This document shows positions 36,735-44,611 of a DNA stretch of 47,969 bases, piece by piece. Each line of letters starts with the position of its first letter. Within the stretch, counting starts at the first letter, position 1. The notes under the pieces are model-generated. The model was not told the DNA's origin and made no database searches. It was given only the letters and a program-made list of their open reading frames with translations. The position numbers and the translations under genes were made by a program. This DNA is from Treponema sp. Lineage in GTDB: Bacteria > Spirochaetota > Spirochaetia > Treponematales > Breznakiellaceae. The stretch is taken from NCBI GenBank assembly GCA_031258505.1, contig JAIRMT010000013.1, positions 1 through 47,969 of the forward strand, read 5' to 3'.

Positions 36735-38184
36735 TTTTTCAGAGTGGGGCTTGCCGTCTGCGGCAGAGATAGCCGCGTTAGCCGCGAACTATTTCCCTGA
36801 ATTCGGCAATGCGCCCGCAGGCAGGTCCCCGCAGCCAGTGTCAGAGGTCATTTCGCCTAACGCCTATTCGCCGGTTGTGCTTCCCAAAGAAAAAAAGCTG
36901 GAGCATAGCGGTTCCGCAGCGCGTCAAGCCAGCGGCGCCAGACTCTACGCCAAAACACAGGGCGTTTCAGTCGGTCATCGTTCCCTTGATTCCATACGCG
37001 CTGATTTCCCCATTCTTGCGGAAAAGGTATCAGGCGGCCATGACCTGGTGTGGTTTGATAACGCGGCTACTACCCAGCGACCCAGGCAGGTAATTGAGCG
37101 CCTGTCCTATTATTATGAACACGAGAATTCCAATGTCCATCGAGGAGCGCATGAACTGGCGGCACGTTCTACCAACGCCTACGAGGAAGCCAGGGCGAAG
37201 ATTGCCTGCTTTTTAGGCGCGCCCTCGCCGGACAATATTGTGTATGTACGGGGAACTACTGAAGGGATAAATCTTGTGGCACAGGCTTATGTCAAACCGC
37301 TGCTCAAAGCTGGGGACGAGATAATTCTTACCATGCTGGAACACCACGCCAACATTGTCCCCTGGCAGCTTATCGCCGCTGAAACTGGAGCGGTTCTGCG
37401 GGTTGCGCCGATTGACCAAAGCGGCCAGCTCATTCTTTCGGAGTACGAAAAACTCTTTAACAGCCGCACCCGCTTTGCCGCAGTAACCCATGTGTCAAAC
37501 GCTTTAGGCACGATTGCGCCAGTGGAGGAACTGGTACACATCGCTCATGCCCGCGGAGTGCGAATCCTCATTGACGGGGCGCAGTCTGTGTCGCATATTC
37601 CGGTGAATGTCGCGGCTCTGGACACTGATTTTTTCGTGTTTTCGGGGCATAAGATTTTCGGGCCAACAGGTATAGGGGCGCTTTATGGTAAAAGCGATGT
37701 TCTGGAAGCAGCCCAGCCATACCAAGGTGGAGGTAACATGATTTTCGATGTTACCTTTGAGCGTACCCTCTATCACAAGCCGCCCGCGAAATTTGAGGCA
37801 GGTACTGGCAGCATTGCGGACGCGGTGGGTCTGGGCGCGGCGCTGGACTATGTTTCGGAGATTGGCATACAGAATATCGCTGCATGGGAACACGAACTCC
37901 TGCAATACGGCATGAAAGAACTTGCGAAGATTCCCGGCCTGCGTCTCATTGGAACAGCCGCTGAAAAGGCGAGCGTCCTCTCCTTCGTGCTTGAAGGACA
38001 CAGCCTTGAGGAAGTAGGTAAACATCTCTCAAGTCGGGGAATCGCCGTCCGCGCCGGGCATCACTGCGCCCAGCCAGTACACCGATTCTTTGGCCTTGAA
38101 GGAACCGTTCGCCCCTCTGTTGCCTTGTACAACACGTTGGGCGAGATTGACAAGCTTGTAACGGCAGTAGGAGAGCTGGTATGA
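36709..38184 (+). CDS. Cysteine desulfurase (SufS/CsdA-like) with N-terminal disordered cargo-loading extension
   Basis: The catalytic domain starts around residue 95 (FPILAEK...VWFDNAATTQRP) and includes HHANIVPW and SGHKIFGPTGIGALYG. The Pro/Ala/Ser-rich N-terminal ~90 aa contain AEIAALAANYFPEF. AGGAG SD. Confidence 0.88.
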   Translation: MNIPNSRFSFSEWGLPSAAEIAALAANYFPEFGNAPAGRSPQPVSEVISPNAYSPVVLPKEKKLEHSGSAARQASGARLYAKTQGVSVGHRSLDSIRADFPILAEKVSGGHDLVWFDNAATTQRPRQVIERLSYYYEHENSNVHRGAHELAARSTNAYEEARAKIACFLGAPSPDNIVYVRGTTEGINLVAQAYVKPLLKAGDEIILTMLEHHANIVPWQLIAAETGAVLRVAPIDQSGQLILSEYEKLFNSRTRFAAVTHVSNALGTIAPVEELVHIAHARGVRILIDGAQSVSHIPVNVAALDTDFFVFSGHKIFGPTGIGALYGKSDVLEAAQPYQGGGNMIFDVTFERTLYHKPPAKFEAGTGSIADAVGLGAALDYVSEIGIQNIAAWEHELLQYGMKELAKIPGLRLIGTAAEKASVLSFVLEGHSLEEVGKHLSSRGIAVRAGHHCAQPVHRFFGLEGTVRPSVALYNTLGEIDKLVTAVGELV

Positions 38185-39395
38185 AGCAAAAAAAATTATG
38201 TGCCGACCGTATCGGCGATCAGACGCTGTCAATTCACGCCGGTGAATTTCCCGATCCGCTTACCGGCGCTTCCGCGCCAAACCTGGTCATGTCCACTACC
38301 TTTGTGGTAGAGGCTGACACAGGATTTTCCGTCGAGGGTATGGGTGAAAACGATCCCTTTGTGTATACCAGGTGGGGCAACCCTACCATCAGACAGCTTG
38401 AGGAAAAACTCACTGCCTTGGAGGGTTCGGAGACTGCTGTGGCCTTTGCAAGTGGCATGGCTGCTGCCACTGCCCTGCTGCTGCATACACTCAAAGCTGG
38501 GGACCACGCGGTGGTGAGCGATGTTACCTACGCCGCAGTGTCGGAGGCTGCCAATGAACTGTTTCCGGGTTTGGGGTTTCAGATTAGTAAAGTTGATACT
38601 TCAGATTTAGACGCACTGCGTGAGGCGGTGCGGCCTAATACCCGGCTCATTTATATCGAAACCCCCTGTAACCCGCTCTTGCGCTTGACGGATATTGCGG
38701 CTGCCGCTGATATAGCGCATAAGGCAAATGCCCTTCTTGCGGTGGATTCAACTTTTGCCACCCCCGCTGGAACTAAACCGCTTGCGTTGGGGGCGGACTT
38801 CGTTATCCATTCCCTAACCAAGTATCTAGGCGGCCACGGCGACGCGCTGGGCGGCGCGATTCTGGGGAGAGCCGCAGACCTTGCGCCGCTTCGCAAAAAA
38901 ACCGCAGTCCGTCTGGGTGGAACCCTAAGCCCCTTTAATGCCTGGCTGATTCTCCGGGGGCTTGCCACTTTTCCCCTACGCATGAAGGCTCACGAGGAAA
39001 ACGCGCTCAAGGTAGCCGCATTTCTTGAAAGCCATCCAAAAGTGGTAAAACTGATCTACCCTGGCCTACCGTCTCACCCCCAGCATGAACTCGCCCAGCG
39101 GCAGATGAAGAATTTTTCCGGCATGGTAACCTTTCAAACAGAAAAAGGCAAAGAAACCGCCATTGCCCTGGCGAAAAAGCTGAAGATAATCCATTACGCA
39201 GTTTCCCTGGGTCATCACCGCTCGTTGATTTTTTATCTTAACAGCGAAGAGCTTTTAAAAACCTCGTTCAGGCTTGATACCCCAAAGCAGCTTGAATCGT
39301 GGAAAGCATTTGCTGGTGAGGGGATTTTTCGTCTTTCTGTGGGGCTGGAAAACGCGGAAGACATAATCGCCGATTTAGAACAAGCAATCGGCTGA
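38181..39395 (+). CDS. Cys/Met-metabolism PLP enzyme (cystathionine gamma-lyase/synthase, methionine gamma-lyase or O-acyl-homoserine sulfhydrylase family)
   Basis: 404 aa with YTRWGNPT, AVDSTFATP and the PLP lysine in HSLTKYLGGHGD. ATGA overlap with the desulfurase gene. Confidence 0.85.
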   Translation: MKQKKLCADRIGDQTLSIHAGEFPDPLTGASAPNLVMSTTFVVEADTGFSVEGMGENDPFVYTRWGNPTIRQLEEKLTALEGSETAVAFASGMAAATALLLHTLKAGDHAVVSDVTYAAVSEAANELFPGLGFQISKVDTSDLDALREAVRPNTRLIYIETPCNPLLRLTDIAAAADIAHKANALLAVDSTFATPAGTKPLALGADFVIHSLTKYLGGHGDALGGAILGRAADLAPLRKKTAVRLGGTLSPFNAWLILRGLATFPLRMKAHEENALKVAAFLESHPKVVKLIYPGLPSHPQHELAQRQMKNFSGMVTFQTEKGKETAIALAKKLKIIHYAVSLGHHRSLIFYLNSEELLKTSFRLDTPKQLESWKAFAGEGIFRLSVGLENAEDIIADLEQAIG

Positions 39396-39404
39396 GGAGT
39401 AACT

Positions 39405-40373
39405 ATGCAACACGAAACCAATACAAAAGTAAAACATCTGGTTGACATACTGTCACGGAGTTACCGGGATCATGCGGAAATTATAAAAGTCGATGCGGAA
39501 AATCAGCTTAACCGGAGTGTCATCATTGATATTCTTGAGCGGCTGCGCAAACTTATTTTTCCCGGCTATTTTGGCAAGAAACATCTTTCCGCTGACTTGA
39601 TAGAATATTACGCTGGAGATTTGCTTGAAGAAGTTATCCATGATCTCACCCCGGAGCTGGCTAAAGCACTGTGTCATCTTGATGACACGGCAGTTTCCCC
39701 GGCGGAAAAGGCAAGCAGCGGTTTATTTTTTCAAGAACAGGCCAGTGATATTGCCTTTACGTTTTTGTCAAGATTGCCGGAAATCCGGGAATATCTTGTC
39801 TCCGATGTTTCCGCCGCCTTTGACGGCGACCCTGCGGCGTTCAGCAAAGATGAAATAATCTCGTCCTATCCGGGAATATACGCTATCATGGTCTACCGTC
39901 TGGCACATGCGCTATACGAACTTGATGTCCCGCTCATTCCCCGAATTATGACCGAACATGCGCATAGCGTTACTGGCATCGACATTCACCCCGGCGCGGT
40001 AATCGGACATCATTTCTTCATTGACCACGGAACCGGAATTGTCATTGGAGAGACAACGATCATCGGTAACCATGTAAAAATATACCAGGGCGTAACTCTG
40101 GGCGGGCTTTCCACCAGAGGCGGTCAGGCTCTTAAAGGAACTAAACGCCATCCCACCATTGAAGATCATGTAACGATCTATTCAGGCGCTTCCATATTCG
40201 GCGGCGCTACGATTATCGGTGAGGGAGTTGTAATCGGCAGCAGCGCCTTTATCACCAAGTCGGTACCGGAAAAAACTAGGGTTAGCGTGAAAAATCTGGA
40301 AATGCAGTACAAGGTAGACCAGAGCGCCCGCGCCGAGCTTGTCCAGGACGGCTTTTGGGATTGGGTGATATAG
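39405..40373 (+). CDS. cysE: Serine O-acetyltransferase (long form)
   Basis: Hexapeptide-repeat core GIDIHPGAVIGHHFFIDHGTGIVIGETTIIGNHVKIYQGVTLGG. GAGGAG SD. Confidence 0.88.
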   Translation: MQHETNTKVKHLVDILSRSYRDHAEIIKVDAENQLNRSVIIDILERLRKLIFPGYFGKKHLSADLIEYYAGDLLEEVIHDLTPELAKALCHLDDTAVSPAEKASSGLFFQEQASDIAFTFLSRLPEIREYLVSDVSAAFDGDPAAFSKDEIISSYPGIYAIMVYRLAHALYELDVPLIPRIMTEHAHSVTGIDIHPGAVIGHHFFIDHGTGIVIGETTIIGNHVKIYQGVTLGGLSTRGGQALKGTKRHPTIEDHVTIYSGASIFGGATIIGEGVVIGSSAFITKSVPEKTRVSVKNLEMQYKVDQSARAELVQDGFWDWVI

Positions 40374-40376
40374 AGG

Positions 40377-40834
40377 TCAAGCGATTCAAGGTTTTTTATA
40401 AAAAACCTTGAAACCTATTGACACTTGATGTTTTACAAGATACATTCTTAGTAAATCAGTAGGTATTATAAGCAAAGGAGCTTTTATGTCGGAACTAAGT
40501 ATAAGCACTGCGTCAAATGGCCTAAGCGTTGGCAAAGACTCGGCGCTGTCCATCCATTTTGACTGGCGCACTCTGATCCCACTCGTCTCGGTCGCCTTTA
40601 CCCAGGTACTGCATACCGCGCTGCCAGTAGCGTCAACGTATCGCACCAAGGTTCTACCGTGGTTCACCTGGTTCAACGTCGTTGCTATCGGGGTACTGGC
40701 AATACTCGCGGTGGTGAGTCTCTTTAACAGCCGGTATCGGGAACGGTTCACGTATAAATCATGGTTTCTGGGGGTAGCGTTTCTTCTGCTCAACTTGTAT
40801 AACCTCATCACCGTCAAGTTCGACCTGATTCCCA
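40377..40834 (+). repeat. Copy C of the dispersed direct repeat (the functional copy, continuous with the full-length permease)
   Basis: It aligns with 21311-21745 (copy A) and with copy B from about 28250 to 28545. Confidence 0.85.
40387..40446 (+). promoter_or_regulatory. Perfect 24-bp palindrome plus sigma70-like promoter (copy C)
   Basis: CAAGGTTTTTTATAAAAAACCTTG at 40387-40410. TTGACA at 40418-40423, a 17-nt spacer, and TACATT at 40441-40446. AAGGAG at 40475-40480. Confidence 0.55.
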
Positions 40835-41502
40835 GCCTCTATTTCCCATCGCCGGAACGGATCGTGTATGTATTTCTCACAGACTGGTTCTTTATACTGC
40901 GCTGCCTAGTCTACTCGCTCCGTTTGTTGCTGGGCGGCTTCTTCCTCGGCGCGCTGCTTGGGGTGCTAACCGGTACGCTCATCGGCTGGAGCCAGCGCTG
41001 GAACTACTGGATCATGCCCTGTATCCGAATCGTGGGACCGATTCCATCAACCGCCTGGATACCCATCGCGCTGGTGGTCTTCACAAAAGCGACCGATGCA
41101 GCGCTGTTCCTCATCGCCCTGGGAGTCTGGTTCCCCACAACGGTACTCACCAGTTCAGGCATCCTCAATGTGCGGAAAAGTTACTTCGAGGTTTCAAGCA
41201 CCTTGGGAGCGAGCAATCTGCGGAATGTGCTTTCCATCGCCCTACCCGGCGCCGCGCCAAACATCTTCGCGGGCCTGTTTAACGGCACATCGTCGTCATT
41301 CCTAACCCTTATGGCCGCTGAAATGATCGGCTGTAAGTTCGGCATTGGCTGGTACATCAACTGGCAGAGGGAAACCATGGCGTATTCACAGGTGTACGCA
41401 GCGCTCATCGTGATTGCCATAACCTTTTCACTCCTCATTAACCTCCAGTTCAAGATTCGCAATCGCGTCCTGAGTTGGCAGAAAGGCACAATTCGGTGGT
41501 AG
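40486..41502 (+). CDS. ABC transporter permease (NitT/TauT family) with an extra N-terminal membrane extension of about 110 aa
   Basis: 338 aa. The C-terminal ~230 aa resemble permease 29639..30508. The N-terminal extension is the part duplicated in copies A and B. Confidence 0.88.
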   Translation: MSELSISTASNGLSVGKDSALSIHFDWRTLIPLVSVAFTQVLHTALPVASTYRTKVLPWFTWFNVVAIGVLAILAVVSLFNSRYRERFTYKSWFLGVAFLLLNLYNLITVKFDLIPSLYFPSPERIVYVFLTDWFFILRCLVYSLRLLLGGFFLGALLGVLTGTLIGWSQRWNYWIMPCIRIVGPIPSTAWIPIALVVFTKATDAALFLIALGVWFPTTVLTSSGILNVRKSYFEVSSTLGASNLRNVLSIALPGAAPNIFAGLFNGTSSSFLTLMAAEMIGCKFGIGWYINWQRETMAYSQVYAALIVIAITFSLLINLQFKIRNRVLSWQKGTIRW

Positions 41503-41510
41503 GTGAAAAT

Positions 41511-42305
41511 ATGCAAACAGCAGTACATGGCGGAACCATACGGATCAACGGTGTAACTAAAACCTTTCCTCAAGAAGGCGCGGCTGATATTACCGTGCTG
41601 GATAACATCAGCCTTGTTTTCAAAAGCGGCGAGTTTATTTCTCTCATCGGCCCATCCGGATGCGGGAAGTCAACCCTGCTGCGGCTCATCGCTGGACTTA
41701 CCCAAAGCGATAGCGGCTCACTTTTTTTGGATGACGCCGAGATACAAGCGCCGGGACATGAGCGAGGGCTGGTGTTTCAGGACCCAACCCTGTTCCCGTG
41801 GAAAACCATCTGGGAGAACATCGCCTTCGGGCTGCGGGCGCGTGGGGTCTATCGTGAAGAAAAACAGAACATTCCCGGGTTTTTCAAGCTCGTGGGGCTT
41901 GAGGGCTTTGAGAAGTCCTATCCTCACCACCTTTCCGGCGGTATGGCGCAGAGGGCGTCGCTGGCCAGGACCCTCATCAATAACCCAAAAGCGCTCCTGC
42001 TTGACGAGCCTCTGGGCGCTCTTGACGCCTTTACCCGCATGAATATGCAGGACGAGATTCTCAAGATATGGGAAGAACGTCGAATGACTATGGTCATGGT
42101 TACGCATGATGTTGATGAGGCGATTTACATGGCTGACCGCATCGTGGTCATGTCAGCGCGCCCGGCTAAGATTGAAAAGATGATTACAGTGGAGATTGGC
42201 CGTCCGCGACAGCGCGACGACCCGGACTTCCTCGACCTGCGAGCGAAGATACTACAAATCCTGCACTTCGCGGGCGCAAAGCAGGAACCGGAGTACAACT
42301 TGTGA
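41511..42305 (+). CDS. ABC transporter ATP-binding protein (SsuB/TauB-like)
   Basis: Start at 41511 (MQTAVHGG). Walker [10 protein letters not shown], signature LSGGMAQR and Walker B LLLDEPLGALD are present. Confidence 0.9.
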   Translation: MQTAVHGGTIRINGVTKTFPQEGAADITVLDNISLVFKSGEFISLIGPSGCGKSTLLRLIAGLTQSDSGSLFLDDAEIQAPGHERGLVFQDPTLFPWKTIWENIAFGLRARGVYREEKQNIPGFFKLVGLEGFEKSYPHHLSGGMAQRASLARTLINNPKALLLDEPLGALDAFTRMNMQDEILKIWEERRMTMVMVTHDVDEAIYMADRIVVMSARPAKIEKMITVEIGRPRQRDDPDFLDLRAKILQILHFAGAKQEPEYNL

Positions 42306-42354
42306 AAAAACCGTCGTTGACGGAGAACATCTTTTTAAGGAGAGGATATAAACT

Positions 42355-43380
42355 ATGAAAAAAGCTATCCTTTTGCTTTCATTGGTTTGCGTGGCGGTAC
42401 TTAGCGTCCACGCAAGAGGTCAGAATCAGGGAACTTCCGCTGCTGCAGCGGAAGACCCGAACTATGTGGTCAAGATCGGACGGTCAGTCTCCGTCGGTCT
42501 TTGTACTTCACCTTTCGTCATCGCCGAGCATTTCGGTTACTACGAGGAAGAGGGACTCAAGTGGGATTCTGTCGCTATTGAGACAGGTCAGGCCAACCTC
42601 CTGCTCACCACCGGCGCGGTTGATGTTACCAACAACCTTTTGGCCACGCTCATTCAGCCCATTGCCAATGGTCTTGACGTGAAGATTCCCCTGGGCATAC
42701 ACACGGGCTGCCAGAAGGTACTGGTACGCGTTGATTCTGATATACAAACGCCCGCAGACCTTCGCGGCAAGCGAATCGGCACAACCGGCATGGCATCCAG
42801 CGGCACGGTCATCACCCAGCGCTATCTCGCGGAACTAGGCATTGGCGTTACCGCCGATAACCTTGAGGTTGAGTGGCTGATCTATCAGCAGGCAGACCTC
42901 CCGTTGGCGCTTGAGCGGGGACAGGTTGACGCCATCGCGCTTGGAGACCCGACCGCTTACATCGTTGAGCAGGAAGGAAAGGCTAGGGTAATCATCAATC
43001 AGGCTACAGACGACTACCTCAAGGACGAATTCTGCTGTGTGGTAGTTGCTTCAGCCAACTTTGTGAAGGATCATCCCGAAGCTGCGGCAAAGTTCACCCG
43101 CGCTATTCAGAAAGCCGCAGCCTTTGTGCAGGAGAACCCTGATGAGACCGCCCGTATTCTTGATGAGCGAAAGTATGTGGCCGGCGATCCAGAGGTAAAC
43201 GCCGCCATACTCAAGACCTACAACTTTAGGGCTTCGGTGAGCGAGGCGGAAGTGGCGATTTCCCGTAATACGCGCGACCTCCAGAGAATCAATCTGGTGG
43301 ACAGCGACGTTGACCCCGACGCCCTTACGCGGAACGTCTTCATTGCCCTGCCCGGTGTGCCGGATTCACTGTATAAGTGA
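42355..43380 (+). CDS. ABC transporter substrate-binding protein (NMT1/SsuA-like)
   Basis: 341 aa with a signal peptide (MKKAILLLSLVCVAVLSVHA) and GGAGAGG SD. Confidence 0.8.
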   Translation: MKKAILLLSLVCVAVLSVHARGQNQGTSAAAAEDPNYVVKIGRSVSVGLCTSPFVIAEHFGYYEEEGLKWDSVAIETGQANLLLTTGAVDVTNNLLATLIQPIANGLDVKIPLGIHTGCQKVLVRVDSDIQTPADLRGKRIGTTGMASSGTVITQRYLAELGIGVTADNLEVEWLIYQQADLPLALERGQVDAIALGDPTAYIVEQEGKARVIINQATDDYLKDEFCCVVVASANFVKDHPEAAAKFTRAIQKAAAFVQENPDETARILDERKYVAGDPEVNAAILKTYNFRASVSEAEVAISRNTRDLQRINLVDSDVDPDALTRNVFIALPGVPDSLYK

Positions 43381-43408
43381 GGTTTTAGAAGTTAGCGCTG
43401 CAGTTTGA

Positions 43409-43439
43409 GGATTAACCGCAATACCTTTGCGGTTAATCC
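43409..43439 (+). terminator. Strong stem-loop after the SBP gene (putative terminator)
   Basis: GGATTAACCGCA-atacctt-TGCGGTTAATCC, a perfect 12-bp stem 28 nt after the stop. There is no U-tract, and it abuts the second repeat array. Confidence 0.4.
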
Positions 43440-43443
43440 CGTA

Positions 43444-43766
43444 GGAATGAGGCGTTAGTTCCCCTAAGGAACTAGGCGTTAGTTCCTAGAGGAACTAGGC
43501 GTTAGTTCCTCTAGGAACAGGGTGTTAGTTCCTAGAGGAACTAGGCGTTAGTTCCTCTAAGGAACGAGCGGTTAGTTCCCCTAAGGAACGAGGCGTTAGT
43601 TCCTAGAGGAACTAGGCGTTAGTTCCTATAAGGAACGAGGCGTTAGTTCCTAGAGGAACTAGGTGTTAGTTCCTAAAGGAACTAGGTGTTAGTTCCTAGA
43701 GGAACTAGGTGTTAGTTCCCATAAGGAACGAGGCGTTAGTTCCTAGAGGAACTAGGTGTTAGTTCC
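43444..43766. repeat. Second palindromic tandem array (14 units), inverted relative to 9652..10460
   Basis: The units GGAAC[T/G]AGG[C/T]GTTAGTTCC are the reverse complement of the GGAACTAAC[A/G]CCTAGTTCC unit in array 1. Linker types are the same. Confidence 0.93.
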
Positions 43767-44029
43767 TAGGGAAGGCTTAGAGCGTCTCTTATCAAAGAGA
43801 GTACCGCATCTCATACCTTTCACACTCTGTACCATTGACAATATCGCCAGAGCCGCCTGTTTTATCGTTTGCAGATTTTGCGCCTCATGCTTCCTCATCG
43901 TCGTATGCTGGTCGTCTTGAACGCATCTATAGCTGCATGGGAGTATGCCTGGGGAATTTCTATGCGTTTATCCTGGTGATTGCCTATGCAGTCTTGCGCC
44001 ACTTGGTGTTGAATTGATATATTCATGTT

Positions 44030-44611
44030 ATGCATATTACTGCGATGCAAAAAATACTTGTACGATTCATCTTTAGCTTTGGTCTGTTTTTAATGTTAGT
44101 AGGAATCGCTTTTCTTTTAGGAACGCTTACCGGTATCTCACAGGTTTCAGTGTTGGTATCTTTCTTCTTTGTACTGGTCGGGGCGTTTTGCGCTACGCTG
44201 GCAGTCAAGCTTAACCCGAACAGGTTCAAGCGTTCCGTATATCTTTTCTTCTCAACGTTTTTTATCCTGGTCGGGCTTTTTCTCTTCTTGTCCGCGCTGA
44301 ATATCTTCCCTGTCCCTTTTTTTCAGGCATGGCCGCTCCTTTCGTTATTCTCTGGACTGGCGCTGATTCCCGCAGGTTGGAATCGCTTTAGAGCGCTTCG
44401 CTTCCGGTATATTGTTCCGTCTGTTACCTTTATCGTGCTAGGCTGTATACTCCTCGTGTTTTCGTTTGATATGGTTCCCTTCTCGTTTACCCAGTTTGTT
44501 TTGCAGTGGTGGCCTCTCCTCGTAGTGCTTGCGGGACTTATTCTGGTCTTGCTTGCAGTAGGAACAAAGAACACCAATGCCGATACTACAAAAGATGAGA
44601 CTTCAAAATAA
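44030..44611 (+). CDS. Hypothetical integral membrane protein (about 6 TM segments)
   Basis: 193-aa ORF that is hydrophobic throughout. No recognised motif. Confidence 0.65.
   Translation: MHITAMQKILVRFIFSFGLFLMLVGIAFLLGTLTGISQVSVLVSFFFVLVGAFCATLAVKLNPNRFKRSVYLFFSTFFILVGLFLFLSALNIFPVPFFQAWPLLSLFSGLALIPAGWNRFRALRFRYIVPSVTFIVLGCILLVFSFDMVPFSFTQFVLQWWPLLVVLAGLILVLLAVGTKNTNADTTKDETSK

Noticed and set aside
43835-44017. A 60-aa ORF with a TTG start lies between the second repeat array and the membrane-protein gene.
   Set aside because: It has no SD, a non-ATG start and no recognisable motif, and it sits at the minimum size of the ORF track. Evidence is insufficient to annotate it.
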